Translations under genes and position numbers: made by a program
Assembly (NCBI GenBank): GCA_009691245.1
Contig: SHUM01000003.1
Coordinates: 3,099 to 67,098, forward strand
Length of the DNA stretch: 64,000 nucleotides
Reading direction: 5' to 3'
Source: Acidobacteriota bacterium
Lineage (GTDB): Bacteria; Acidobacteriota; Terriglobia; 2-12-FULL-54-10
Notes under the pieces: model-generated
Seen by the model: only the letters and a program-made list of their open reading frames with translations
The model's database searches: none
Told to the model about the DNA's origin: nothing
In this document: piece by piece, positions 1 to 10,278 of the stretch
Position numbering within the stretch: position 1 is the first letter of the stretch
Layout: each line of letters starts with the position of its first letter

Positions 1-413
1 CCTCCCCAACGATTGGCGTATTGCTGGGCGGTGTGTGGATCGGAGCACACTACGAAGTCAGCGGTGGGAATGCCGTGGCGTTGCATGAACTGCTTGGCGT
101 GAATCTTGCTGCCCTCCAATTGCGCAGCCGCTTTGGCAGGACCGGCAACCAACACTCCCTGAGATTGCAAATCATCCACCAATCCAGCTACCAGGGGGGC
201 TTCTGGTCCGACCACAACCAGGTCGACCTGATTTTCTCGGACCAACTGCAAGACAGCCGTTGTAGTCATTTCGCGCAACGGCAGACAGACCGCATCTCTG
301 CTAATGCCACCGTTACCGGGCGCGCAGAACACACGCTCCAGCAAAGAGCTTTGCGCAAGTTTCCAGACCAGCGCGTGTTCGCGCCCGCCACCGCCAATAA
401 CCAAGACTCTCAA
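1..413 (-). CDS. purD: Phosphoribosylamine--glycine ligase, N-terminal part (gene runs off the window start); TTG start at 411-413
   Basis: Reverse-strand translation MRVLVIGGGGREHALVWKLAQSSLLERVFCAPGNGG...GSKIHAKQFMQRHGIPTA matches the PurD N-terminus (GGGGREHAL motif, ATP-grasp). The track ORF 21..545 (+) is its antisense shadow. Confidence 0.8.
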   Translation of the reverse strand, partial: MRVLVIGGGGREHALVWKLAQSSLLERVFCAPGNGGISRDAVCLPLREMTTTAVLQLVRENQVDLVVVGPEAPLVAGLVDDLQSQGVLVAGPAKAAAQLEGSKIHAKQFMQRHGIPTADFVVCSDPHTAQQYANRWG

Positions 414-480
414 GCGATCATCCTCCGAATATTTATCAATGGATCAAAAAAACTTCAAGTACCAAGCGCACCTGTTGTAA

Positions 481-1539
481 TCAAGGGCGATCAGACGCAG
501 CGCGTTCCAGGCGGACCTGTCGGCCGATCATATAATAGCGTCTGACGATGCGCTGTCCCTGGCTATTTTCATGCTCAAAGTTAAACGATGGCGAAACACC
601 TTCCGGGTGCGTCTCCATGGAAACGTGAATGGGCATGAACCCTTTAAGGTTCCGCTCGCGGTACGAGGTTTCGTAGCGGGAGGCCGCAGGATTCCAAACC
701 AGGACGCGGATCTCCTCGAAATCGTGCACCAAGCCTACAGACTTGGGCACCGTTGCCCACAGGTACCACGGGTGTATCTGATCGCCAACGTGCTCCTTGT
801 AGATCTCGAACCAGGCGCGAATTCGCTGGCTCTCGCGATATCGCGCGACTTCCAGCGGGGGAACCAACTCAATGAACGTTTCCAGCACCCAGCCCGTGCG
901 GTTATCCGATGCCCGTACCAGCAACCAATCCTCCGGGATGGGATTGGAGAGGCCGCGCCGAATATCGTCGGCGGTGGGCTCGCGCGTGGCAACGTCATGG
1001 CGCAGAACTTCAACCTTTTCATCCGCGGCGAGCTGATAGAAAACCTGCGTGGTCCGACCTGGCCTGAATCGCATATTGGCCAGCCTGCGGACCAGCGCCT
1101 TGCCCTGCAAGGGTAGTTCGCGGGAACCCGCTGCCAATTTCTGGAATAGCTCGAAGACGGCGGCGGAAACTATTTGCCGCTGATGCATCCAGCCTTCGAG
1201 TGGCGGAGCTGCGTTGTTCGCGCCCCGCTCTTTAGTTTCGGTAGTCAGGACACGAACGCGGGTCCAGCGATTGATCCGTTCGAGGATCTCCACGCGCTGT
1301 CCGCTGCGGATCCTCGCGATCACCCTGGACTCAGGTCCCAGTTGATCGAGCAGCTCCCCCTGGGCTTCGCTGGTATAAGCAACTTCCTGGGATTGCAACA
1401 TCAAATAGCTTTGACACGACTGCAGCACGATCAACAGGCTCGCCAATACCAACCTTACGATCACACGCAATCTCACCGGACGAATATCTGCCGCGATGGG
1501 ATAACGACGGGGAGGAGGAAGAATCAAGTGAAGGGTCAT
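481..1539 (-). CDS. Hypothetical membrane-anchored protein with SH3b-like segment
   Basis: 352-aa ORF. N-terminal hydrophobic helix (LVLASLLIVLQS). Region GQRVEILERINRWTRVRVL resembles bacterial SH3 domains. No catalytic motif recognised. Confidence 0.5.
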   Translation of the reverse strand: MTLHLILPPPRRYPIAADIRPVRLRVIVRLVLASLLIVLQSCQSYLMLQSQEVAYTSEAQGELLDQLGPESRVIARIRSGQRVEILERINRWTRVRVLTTETKERGANNAAPPLEGWMHQRQIVSAAVFELFQKLAAGSRELPLQGKALVRRLANMRFRPGRTTQVFYQLAADEKVEVLRHDVATREPTADDIRRGLSNPIPEDWLLVRASDNRTGWVLETFIELVPPLEVARYRESQRIRAWFEIYKEHVGDQIHPWYLWATVPKSVGLVHDFEEIRVLVWNPAASRYETSYRERNLKGFMPIHVSMETHPEGVSPSFNFEHENSQGQRIVRRYYMIGRQVRLERAASDRP

Positions 1540-1580
1540 TCGGATGCGTTGCTCATTTGAAAGTTAGCTCTAATCGCCGC

Positions 1581-2696
1581 CTAGTCCCCGAATGAAATGT
1601 CCAATGCCCGCGCCGTACGAACCAGCTCGCTGTTTGGTTGGACAATTTTCAGTTCACCGACGGCATCAGCCATGGGTGCGGACTTCACCGAATTACAGTG
1701 CAGACAAACCATGTTGCCGAATTCACCGCGCGCGATGACCTCCACAGCCTCGGTGCCAAGCCGTGAGCTGAGCACACGGTCAAATGGAGTGGGAGAGCCG
1801 CCGCGCTGAATGTGTCCCAGCACGGTTACGCGCGTCTCCCGCCCAGTCTCCTTCCCGATCAGCGAACCAATGGTGTTGGCGGCCTCGCCGCTGCGAGGGG
1901 TCAGGCGGTGCTGCTTCAGGGATTCGCTAAGAGGCTGGCCATCGATCATGCGGCACCCTTCGGCGACAACGACGATGCTGAAGCGGCGGCCAATCTCTTC
2001 GCGCTCGTGAATCTTCCGGCAGATGGCCGCCAGCGAAAATGGAATCTCGGCCAGCAAGATGATGTGCGCGCCAGCGGCAATGCCGGAATGTAGCGCGATC
2101 CAGCCGGCATCGCGGCCCATGACCTCGACCAGCATCACGCGATGATGGCTTTCCGCCGTACTGTGCAGTTTGTCGATGGCTTCGGTGGCGGTGCGCACCG
2201 CGGTGTCAAAGCCAAAAGTAATCTCCGTTGACGACAGGTCATTGTCGATGGTCTTGGGAACGCCAACGACTGGAATCCCCCGGCGGTACAACTCGAGGGC
2301 GATCTTCATCGTACCGTCGCCACCGACGACGATCAATCCATCGAGCTTGAGCTTGTGAAAGTTCTCGATGATTTGCGGCGAGACATCCTTCTCTACGGAA
2401 ATGCCGTTTTCCGTAATGGGATAGGCAAATGGATTGCCGCGGTTGGAGGTTCCCAGTATGGTGCCGCCCCGTGGAAGAATTCCGGAGATCTCTTTGCGAG
2501 TCAATTCACAGAGCTTGTTGGGGAAGATCAGGCCATCGAAGCCATCTTGAATTCCCACTACACGCCAATGGTGCTTGATTGTCGCCGATTTGACCACGGC
2601 CCGGATAACGGCGTTCAGTCCGGGACAGTCACCGCCGCCTGTCAATATGCCGATGGACCTTACGGGAGCCGATGAGGACACGTCTTGGGCAGACAT
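1581..2696 (-). CDS. pfkA: 6-phosphofructokinase (ATP/PPi-dependent PFK family)
   Basis: GILTGGGDCPGLNAVIRAVV, GGDGT, PKTIDNDL and MGRDAGWIA motifs are diagnostic of PFK. Confidence 0.9.
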   Translation of the reverse strand: MSAQDVSSSAPVRSIGILTGGGDCPGLNAVIRAVVKSATIKHHWRVVGIQDGFDGLIFPNKLCELTRKEISGILPRGGTILGTSNRGNPFAYPITENGISVEKDVSPQIIENFHKLKLDGLIVVGGDGTMKIALELYRRGIPVVGVPKTIDNDLSSTEITFGFDTAVRTATEAIDKLHSTAESHHRVMLVEVMGRDAGWIALHSGIAAGAHIILLAEIPFSLAAICRKIHEREEIGRRFSIVVVAEGCRMIDGQPLSESLKQHRLTPRSGEAANTIGSLIGKETGRETRVTVLGHIQRGGSPTPFDRVLSSRLGTEAVEVIARGEFGNMVCLHCNSVKSAPMADAVGELKIVQPNSELVRTARALDISFGD

Positions 2697-2889
2697 CGCT
2701 GTTCTCCTGGCCGATCATGATGAGGCGAACCCTGCTGAATAGAGACTACCCATTATATGCGGAAAGCCTTTGCAAAGTTGCGGGTGGATAGGAGGCAGCG
2801 GGCTGCCCAAAGATGATTTTTCGTCCGTGGAACATTAAAGCGGTAGCGAGGAATGGAACCTTGAATCAAGTACTGAGCTACACCGCGGT

Positions 2890-5142
2890 CTAGGGCGCGA
2901 CCGGGATGGTAATGTTTTGCGTGGGGTTGCTGGGCACTCCATTCTGCCGAAGCAGCAGCGGGACGGCATTGCCGGTTTGGATTTCTCTAGGAACCAATAC
3001 GTTTATTTGATAGAGTCCGACAAAGGTCGGAGCGAGACCATCGTACAGGACCTGGGCATCAATGCCGCCAATGCTGACAGAGACTGGTACCGTGATATCG
3101 CTTCCTGTTTGCAGCGCGTCGCCGGAACCGACCGGCGGGATCGTGTCGCCCAGCCCGCCCGCGAAGATCTGAATGATTCGACCCAAACGCGCCGGGTTTG
3201 CCACAGTGACCCGGCGGAACTGATTATCCAGTACCGCGGCGCCGTTTGAATCGACGAATATGCCGGGTTGAGCCGCAGCGATCTGGTAATTCTGCGGAGT
3301 GGTCAGGCGTCCTCCAGCATTGACGACGATGGATACGGTGTCGCCAGGCCGCGACTCGAAAGGTACCTGTGCATTGATCTGGCCTTCGCTGACGAAATAT
3401 AGCGGTGCCGGGACGCCGCCGATGAGCACCGAGGTTTGAGAAAGCTCCGTCTCCAGTGGTATGGTCGAGGCGGCTGCCGTTGTGGGTGCCAGGGCTGATC
3501 CGAACAAGGAAACAATCCCTCCGGGCACCAGTGGACGGCGTTGTGCGAATCCCGCGCCTTCCACCACGCCGTCGTTGAACAACACGGGCAGGACGGTCCC
3601 GCCGGAAGCGGTTATGGACGACACCGCAAATATCTGCTGCACGGAACTGAAGTTCGGGTGGAAGCCGGCAAACGTGATGTTCACGGTTGCAGCGGCTTGT
3701 TGCGGAGTCCAAGTGCCGTTGTAGAAACCGCCTCCGGCATTCGACATTGGAATGGAAACGCCCCCGGCGGTGGCTACCACGGTCCCATTTGTTACGGGAT
3801 CCCCGCAACTATCCACCAATTGCGCCAGGAGCGCCTGCGGGAAGGAAACAGGGGAGTTTGAGCCGTTGCCTACAGTGCTGCCGATGAGGGACATCCTGAT
3901 AGGCGTGCATCCTGCAAGGGACGCGCCGCCGGTTTGCTCGTCGGTCACGGATGACCCACGAAGGCAGTATGTGGAATTGGGATTGCACGGTGGTTGCGGC
4001 TCGTAACCGGTGGGGTCCAATTCGGTAATGATCAACGCGACGTCAACCGTCTGAGGAGATCTACCCGGGAAGCTCGCGGTAATCGTGCCGCGATAAGTGC
4101 CCGCCCGCAATCCGGTCGGGTTCACAGTTACCTGGATGGTGGTCGGCGCAGCGCTGGTGGCAACAACGCTGGTTGGCAATACGTTGACCCAATTTCCGGT
4201 GGTGGTGGTGGTGGTGAACTGCGTAGTGATCGATCCACCTCCCGTGTTGCTGAGGGAGATCGATTTCTGCAAATTGTTGGTGCTGCCCACGGGAGCCGTG
4301 AACGTCATGCCGTAATTGGTGATTCGGGGAACCGCTCCAGCCGTGGGACGCACCACATGGTAGGTTACCGAAAGATATTGCGGGGAGTTTCTGGCCGTGG
4401 ATGAACGGAAAGGGATCAGTGCCGAATAAACACCGTTGTCAAGCGCAGCGGTATTAAGGGCCACGGTAATCTCCGTGCCCGATGTATTGCTGGCAGACAA
4501 TGAGCCACTGCGGGGCGTGATATTCAGCCATGCGGGTATCGAAGCCGCATTCACCGTCCAATCGAGCGTTCCCGTGCCTGAATTGAAAATGGAAATGGGA
4601 TGCCCTGGCGGAATTCCCGTGCGCTCGACGGTCTGAAACACGATGGAAGACCAACTCAACGATAGGCGGGGGCTGGGGGCCGCCAGCGAGGCATTGACCG
4701 GGATGGAAAGTATCCCAACAACGGATGGAATGCGTATGTTCACAAATCCTTGATAGGTGCCAACTCCGGGAAGCAAAGCAGGCGTGAATGTGACGCGAAG
4801 GAAATTGCGCTGCCCTTGCTGGAATGTCCCCGTGGATGGAGTAACTCTGAGCCAGTTATTGCCGCCATTCAAGTATGCAATGGTTGCCGTAAAGGGTTCG
4901 GGAACATCAATGCTACAGCCTGTAACCGAGCTGTTCCCTATGAATAGCGAGTGCGTACTCGGTGCGTCGCCGATGCGGGCGGTCAGTTGGAACGAATTGG
5001 GCTGGGCGCAATTAGGAAGAGAATTTAAGTCAATGGCGTGTAGGTCGGCGCGCCATCCTGGAAGCACAAGCGCCATCAAACAGAGGGCAAGGGAAATCGC
5101 CACTGCCGCATGTCTGTGATCATTCACACGAGTTTTCTTCAA
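2890..5142 (-). CDS. Secreted Ser/Thr/Gly-rich protein with Solibacter-type C-terminal domain (TIGR03437-like)
   Basis: Signal peptide (MKKTRVNDHRHAAVAISLALCLMALVL). Long low-complexity beta-rich body. C-terminus ...FVGLYQINVLVPREIQTGNAVPLLLRQNGVPSNPTQNITIPVAP is typical of the uncharacterised Solibacter usitatus C-terminal domain family. Confidence 0.6.
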   Translation of the reverse strand: MKKTRVNDHRHAAVAISLALCLMALVLPGWRADLHAIDLNSLPNCAQPNSFQLTARIGDAPSTHSLFIGNSSVTGCSIDVPEPFTATIAYLNGGNNWLRVTPSTGTFQQGQRNFLRVTFTPALLPGVGTYQGFVNIRIPSVVGILSIPVNASLAAPSPRLSLSWSSIVFQTVERTGIPPGHPISIFNSGTGTLDWTVNAASIPAWLNITPRSGSLSASNTSGTEITVALNTAALDNGVYSALIPFRSSTARNSPQYLSVTYHVVRPTAGAVPRITNYGMTFTAPVGSTNNLQKSISLSNTGGGSITTQFTTTTTTGNWVNVLPTSVVATSAAPTTIQVTVNPTGLRAGTYRGTITASFPGRSPQTVDVALIITELDPTGYEPQPPCNPNSTYCLRGSSVTDEQTGGASLAGCTPIRMSLIGSTVGNGSNSPVSFPQALLAQLVDSCGDPVTNGTVVATAGGVSIPMSNAGGGFYNGTWTPQQAAATVNITFAGFHPNFSSVQQIFAVSSITASGGTVLPVLFNDGVVEGAGFAQRRPLVPGGIVSLFGSALAPTTAAASTIPLETELSQTSVLIGGVPAPLYFVSEGQINAQVPFESRPGDTVSIVVNAGGRLTTPQNYQIAAAQPGIFVDSNGAAVLDNQFRRVTVANPARLGRIIQIFAGGLGDTIPPVGSGDALQTGSDITVPVSVSIGGIDAQVLYDGLAPTFVGLYQINVLVPREIQTGNAVPLLLRQNGVPSNPTQNITIPVAP

Positions 5143-5393
5143 CGGTTACTCCTCTGCTGGCGTTTCAGAGCAAAGTTGCCTGACTCCGATTCATTTTCAG
5201 GCAATCTCTTTCCGATCCCTAGTCGCCATGTATAGCAAACGACCTAATTGTAGCGGGACGCCGGGGAGGGCCGTACGTGGCTCTACTCTAAGCAAAGTAT
5301 CGCGATATCTAGTGTGCGTGTCAATGGGATTGTGGGCCATTTGTTCAGGATGTAGCCCTAGTAAGTATAGGACTAAATCGAGCCACATTGCTG

Positions 5394-6539
5394 TCAATGG
5401 GAGGAGTCATTAGTTCTTTGCTGGGGGTTCAAGCTGTAACGGGTCCGGGCTTTTTCGCGGTGCCGCTTGATGGCCAGCTCCACCAGTCGATCGATTAGCT
5501 TAGAGCAGGATAGCCCGCTCGCCGCCCACAGTTGCGGATACATGCTGATTCTGGTGAATCCAGGTATGGTATTGATTTCATTTACATAGAACTTGCCTGT
5601 CTTTTTCTCGAGGAAGAAGTCTACGCGCGCCATGCCCGCACAATCCAAGGCCTGGAAAGCCTCCACAGCCAGTTTTTGCGCCCGCTCCGCCTGCGCAGGT
5701 TTCAGTGGTGCCGGAATCAGCAATTGCGAGTTGTCATCGAGATACTTTGCGGCATAGTCGTAGAACTCATTGCCAGGAACAATTTCGCCAGGCACGGATG
5801 AGATGGGATCTTCATTGCCTAGCACGGAGCATTCGATCTCTCTTGCGTTCATGCCGCGCTCCACCAGAACCTTCAGATCGAAATCGCCGGCCAGCCGTAG
5901 CGCCGGTACCAACTCGTCGCGATTGCTTGCTTTGCTCACACCCACCGACGAGCCCATATTAGCGGGCTTCACGAATACCGGATAACGAAACTCCGCCTCA
6001 ATTTCTTTGCAGAGATCATCCAGACGGACATGGATATCGCGCCGATTCGTTACCACATAGGGAACCACCGGCAACTTGGCCTGTTGGAATAGGCGCTTCA
6101 TGACAACCTTGTCCATCCCCACCGCCGAGCCGAGCACTCCCGAGCCCACGTAAGGAATCTCCGCCAGCTCCAGCAATCCCTGCACCGTGCCATCCTCGCC
6201 GTATGTACCATGCAGGACCGGGAAGACCACGTCGAGGGCACCGGGAAACGTTGTTGCGTTCTGGCTGGCAAGTGGCACCAGAAGTCCTATGCCATCCGGA
6301 CAGGCCGATGGAATTACTTCCACGGCGCCCACGGGTATGGAATCAATCGCCCCATGTCCATTGGGTTCCGGCGGCAACGCGCCCACGCACCAGCGCCCTT
6401 GCTTGGTGATGGCGATGGGGACGACATCGTATTTTTCCGGGTCCGCTGCGGCAATGATGTTCCGCGCCGACTGAATCGATATCTCGTGTTCAGCCGAGCG
6501 GCCGCCGAAGAGGATGCCCAATCTTTTTTTGTTGGCCAT
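5394..6539 (-). CDS. ddl: D-alanine--D-alanine ligase
   Basis: MANKKRLGILFGGRSAEHEISIQSA N-terminus and ATP-grasp architecture; standard Ddl length (381 aa). Confidence 0.9.
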   Translation of the reverse strand: MANKKRLGILFGGRSAEHEISIQSARNIIAAADPEKYDVVPIAITKQGRWCVGALPPEPNGHGAIDSIPVGAVEVIPSACPDGIGLLVPLASQNATTFPGALDVVFPVLHGTYGEDGTVQGLLELAEIPYVGSGVLGSAVGMDKVVMKRLFQQAKLPVVPYVVTNRRDIHVRLDDLCKEIEAEFRYPVFVKPANMGSSVGVSKASNRDELVPALRLAGDFDLKVLVERGMNAREIECSVLGNEDPISSVPGEIVPGNEFYDYAAKYLDDNSQLLIPAPLKPAQAERAQKLAVEAFQALDCAGMARVDFFLEKKTGKFYVNEINTIPGFTRISMYPQLWAASGLSCSKLIDRLVELAIKRHREKARTRYSLNPQQRTNDSSH

Positions 6540-6812
6540 GCTATTTTGAGTGCGTCAATGGTGGATAGGAACTAAGCGTTGCTAACGAACCCCTGCCGCA
6601 GTCTCCCATTATCCACGAGTTATTTTCCTTCGTCCAAACCCGACGGTGCCTGCCCTTCAATGCTGCCACGGTGATCGCCGCGCCCGCAGGCTTTCCAGTG
6701 CGTACAGGTCTATTGACAGTAGCTTATATGGTTCGCTAGTCTAGCCTTTACTTCCCAGACTTGGCTGCACAGGCAGGCCTGCAAGATATCCCGGAACGCA
6801 GAGGCAGTCACC

Positions 6813-7352
6813 ATGAACTTCCGTATCGGCGAGAAGGTCGTATACCCCACGCATGGCGTGGGAATTGTCGAGCAAATTCACAACATGCCTCCCCCCGCCG
6901 CTGCCGCAGTGCTCGTCGGCCACGCGCTGGAAACCGCCCCAAAAGCCTACTTGCTGCGCATCTACTCGAGCAGCTTGCGTGTGATGGTACCCTTCATCAA
7001 TGTCGGCAGCGTGGGCCTGCGCCGTGTGGTCCGCCGCCAGGATGTGAACCAAGTGCTTCGCTATCTCTCCGCCGGCGACTGCCAGCCCGCGCCGGACTGG
7101 AAGTGCCGCTTCAAGGAAAACACCAACAAGATGCGCAGCGGCTGCCTATTCCGCGTGGCCGAGGTCCTCAAGTGCCTGCTGCTGATCAATCGCGCGAAGG
7201 ATCTCTCCTTCCGCGAGCGCAAGATGCTAGAGCGCGCCCGCTACCTCCTCATCAGCGAGCTGGCCGTGGTCAGCGGGATTAGCGAGGCCATTGCCGAAGC
7301 TACCCTCACTAAGGCGCTTGCCGAGGCGCAGCTCAAACTGCTCCCCAACTAA
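6813..7352 (+). CDS. CarD/CdnL family RNAP-binding transcriptional regulator
   Basis: MNFRIGEKVVYPTHGVGIVEQI is the CarD_CdnL_TRCF N-terminal RNAP-interaction domain. 179 aa. Confidence 0.85.
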   Translation: MNFRIGEKVVYPTHGVGIVEQIHNMPPPAAAAVLVGHALETAPKAYLLRIYSSSLRVMVPFINVGSVGLRRVVRRQDVNQVLRYLSAGDCQPAPDWKCRFKENTNKMRSGCLFRVAEVLKCLLLINRAKDLSFRERKMLERARYLLISELAVVSGISEAIAEATLTKALAEAQLKLLPN

Positions 7353-7499
7353 CTCCGCTACCACCGCTGGGCAGCCCGCCGAATCGTTCAAATCTTCGGC
7401 CCTGCCCACTCTGACAAACTTTGCGGTTCTTGCGGAATAAAACAGAGCCGGGATGTTCCATGGCGGCTCCGTTACTCCATCTTAAACGTGGCTGGTTAC

Positions 7500-9398
7500 T
7501 CAGGCTGGAAGTTGAATGATGAAGCGCGTGCCGGCGCTGGGGGCGGACTCCACCTCGACTGTGCCACCGTGGTGGGTGATGATTTCCCGCGCGATGGCCA
7601 GGCCCAGGCCGAAGCCCGGCGCGGTTGAGTGCTCCGCCTGCGCCGTGCGGAAGAAGCGGTCGAACAAGCGCCGCTGATCCGGCTGGGCGATGCCGGGTCC
7701 GTTGTCGGCGACGATGATCTCCACGCCATTCTTGTTATGGCGCCATTCCAGCAGCACCCAACAGCCGCTCGGCGAGTACTTCACGGCGTTGGTCAGCAGG
7801 TTCGAGACGGCGAACTCCAGTAACTCAGCGTCGGCCTCGAAAGTGAGTGGGCCGTTACCAGCAGTCACTCGAAATTCCAGGCCCTTGCGCTCGGCTAGCG
7901 GGCGGATGCGCTCACTGATCGTCGTCAGCAGCGGCGTCAACTCGACCGGCGCGCGGCGCAATTCCAACTCTCCTGCGGAGAGCCGTTCGACACTCAAGAA
8001 GCGCTCGACCAGGCGCGCCAGACGCTGCGACTCTTCGTGCAGCAGGCGCAGCATCTGCTCACGGCGCGCGGGCTCCAGCGCGTAGCGCGCCAGCAACTCG
8101 CTCGATGCTTGTATGGACGCCAGCGGCGTGCGCATCTCGTGCGTGGCCATCTCGAATTGCTGGCGCGCCAGCATCCGCTTATTCTCGGAGTCGAGATAGC
8201 GCCGCCGCCCGACGAGCAACTCGTACGCCTCTCCCGCCATAATCGACACGCCAAAGCACAGCAACAGGCTGAACGCAGGCCATATCTGCCCGGCCAAGAA
8301 CAACACATAGGGAACGATCACGACGGTCGCGCCGATGGCCAGCAGCGCCAGCCACTGCGCCGGCCCGTGCGCGCGCGCCAGCGCGAGCAGCGTAAACGCA
8401 GCGATCAGCAGCATGGCCAGCGCCACGCCCGCATCGCCGATGGGAGTGAGGAACTTTTTCCCGATCAGCGTGTGCAGAATGTTAGCGTGAATCTCGATGC
8501 CGGGCATTCCCGAGGCGGAGTAGTACGGCGTGAATAGCCGGTCGCCGGTGCCCTGCGCGGTAACGCCCAACAGGACGATCTTGCCGCCAAGTTCGGCGGA
8601 TGCGGCGGGATCATCCAGCAACTTCGCAAAACTCACGCGCGGAAATGTCCCGTCCGGCCCGGCGTAGTTGATCCACAGCGTTCGCTGCGTGGTATCCGGC
8701 GCGGGAATGTGCATGACCTCGGTGCTGGCTGTCGGCGCAAGGTGAGCAATTTCGAGGTCGTCGGGAGTCTCGGTGATCAGGGCCGACTGGCCGCTGTCTG
8801 GGCTGGCCATGCCACGCACACACTCCAGCGCGAAGGCCCATAGGCGCTCGCGACCGGAGTATTTTGAAAGCAACACCTGACGGCTGACGCCATCGCCATC
8901 GGGATCGGCGTGAACGTGGCCGATCCTCGCCGCCTGCGCCGCCAGACGCGATAGCGGATGCAGCCAGCCCGAACCCGCCTCCAGCGCGCTCGACAACACC
9001 ACCGGCGTGCCCCCGTCGCGCGCTGCGCGCAGCGCGGCCTCCAGCGCGGCATCATTCGTATCGGCTCCCTGATCGACCAGCAGGATGTCGATGCCCAGCA
9101 AACGAGGTCCGGCGGTGGTGATGCGGCTGATGCCCTCGGCCAGCAGCGCGCGATGCAGCGGCAATGCGCCGTGCCGGGCCAGCGTCGCGTCGTCAATGGC
9201 CACAATCACGATGTCGCTGGAAGAGGCTTCACCATTGGCGTCTATGGTGGTTGGTCCGCGCTGACGAAAATAGAGATCGTAAAAATTCAAGTTGACGCGG
9301 CGGGCGAACGAACTCCACCCCAGCAGCAGCGAGATCGTCGCGCACACCACGCCCAGCAGCAGAGAGGCGACCAGCGGTTTGCGCGGAGAAATCTTCAT
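7500..9398 (-). CDS. CHASE2-domain sensor histidine kinase (orphan; no adjacent response regulator)
   Basis: N-terminal TM, CHASE2-like periplasmic region, TM block, HisKA (MATHEMRTPLASIQ), HATPase_c (ADNGPGIA...GLGLAIA). Confidence 0.8.
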   Translation of the reverse strand: MKISPRKPLVASLLLGVVCATISLLLGWSSFARRVNLNFYDLYFRQRGPTTIDANGEASSSDIVIVAIDDATLARHGALPLHRALLAEGISRITTAGPRLLGIDILLVDQGADTNDAALEAALRAARDGGTPVVLSSALEAGSGWLHPLSRLAAQAARIGHVHADPDGDGVSRQVLLSKYSGRERLWAFALECVRGMASPDSGQSALITETPDDLEIAHLAPTASTEVMHIPAPDTTQRTLWINYAGPDGTFPRVSFAKLLDDPAASAELGGKIVLLGVTAQGTGDRLFTPYYSASGMPGIEIHANILHTLIGKKFLTPIGDAGVALAMLLIAAFTLLALARAHGPAQWLALLAIGATVVIVPYVLFLAGQIWPAFSLLLCFGVSIMAGEAYELLVGRRRYLDSENKRMLARQQFEMATHEMRTPLASIQASSELLARYALEPARREQMLRLLHEESQRLARLVERFLSVERLSAGELELRRAPVELTPLLTTISERIRPLAERKGLEFRVTAGNGPLTFEADAELLEFAVSNLLTNAVKYSPSGCWVLLEWRHNKNGVEIIVADNGPGIAQPDQRRLFDRFFRTAQAEHSTAPGFGLGLAIAREIITHHGGTVEVESAPSAGTRFIIQLPA

Positions 9399-9458
9399 GG
9401 GTGAGGGCGCTCGCGCACCCTGCTCATATTAGCAGAAGGCGGAGAGGCTAGAGTCCGA

Positions 9459-9543
9459 ACAGAGCCGCGACCGGAAGGGAGCGGTTGCAATATAGAGTCT
9501 CGCAGGTCCAATGAGAACCGCTCCCTCCCGGTCGCGGCTCTGT
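9459..9543. repeat. Palindromic hairpin repeat, family 1 copy A (28-bp arms ACAGAGCCGCGACCGGAAGGGAGCGGTT / AACCGCTCCCTCCCGGTCGCGGCTCTGT, ~29-nt loop)
   Basis: Arms read directly from the sequence, 1 mismatch. Lies 8 bp downstream of the SprT-like gene stop. Confidence 0.7.
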
Positions 9544-9550
9544 CACGCCA

Positions 9551-10237
9551 CTAGAGCTGCTTCAGCAACTCCTTGGCCTCCGCGTATTGCGGGAAGCGCT
9601 GCTCCTCGGCACGGAACTCGGAGGAATGCACGCAGCGTCGCGTGCCGCGATGCAGCACGGGATATTTCAGGTGTAGCATCTCGTGATAGAGGATGTACTC
9701 CACCAGCCACAACGGCGTCTGTGGACGGTCAAAGATGCGACTCACGATGATGGCGTTATGCGCGGAGTCAAAGTGTCCCAGCAGCACGCGTGACGCCGTG
9801 CGGCTCCAGCCCAGCGAGGGCCGGGCCATCAGCCCGCCGAAGTAGCGCTGGTTCAAGTCCTCGAACATTTCATCCAGATGAAAGTGTGAGCCCGCCGCCA
9901 CGCCCACATGCTTGCGTCCGCGCACACGGCGGATGATCTGCGCCTGATGGCGCACGCTGCTGCGGTTGAGGAACTGGCGGTAGCGTGCCTGGAACTGTGG
10001 CGGAATGGGTTTGCGATAGAGCTTCGAGATCAGGATGTAGGCGATGGACTCCAGCACCGGCGGCGGCGAACCTTCGAGCAGATCGGAGAGGCTGACTTCC
10101 ATGCGGCCCGCGCGCATGCGGATGACGTTGTTGATGTCCGCGTAGGGGCGAAACGACAAGGCGATCTCCGGCAGCGGCGTGCGTGGCCGCACCGCCAGAT
10201 GAACGCGCTCGAAAATTTCCATGCCTGCTGAAGTCAT
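9551..10237 (-). CDS. SprT-like/DUF45 (YgjP-like) zinc metallopeptidase
   Basis: HEXXH motif in ...WLVEYILYHEMLHLKYP...; ~228 aa; fold-family assignment by motif only. Confidence 0.55.
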   Translation of the reverse strand: MTSAGMEIFERVHLAVRPRTPLPEIALSFRPYADINNVIRMRAGRMEVSLSDLLEGSPPPVLESIAYILISKLYRKPIPPQFQARYRQFLNRSSVRHQAQIIRRVRGRKHVGVAAGSHFHLDEMFEDLNQRYFGGLMARPSLGWSRTASRVLLGHFDSAHNAIIVSRIFDRPQTPLWLVEYILYHEMLHLKYPVLHRGTRRCVHSSEFRAEEQRFPQYAEAKELLKQL

Positions 10238-10278
10238 CTTGAAGAGATTAGAATACCGCGTAATGCGGGCGCGCGGGG

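Noticed and set aside
21-545. 174-aa plus-strand ORF at the window start
   Set aside because: It is the antisense frame of purD (the reverse strand gives a textbook PurD N-terminus); its composition is antisense-like.
6540-6812. TTGACA hexamer at 6712-6717 as the promoter for the CarD-family gene
   Set aside because: No convincing -10 element at 17±1 spacing, so not reported as a feature.
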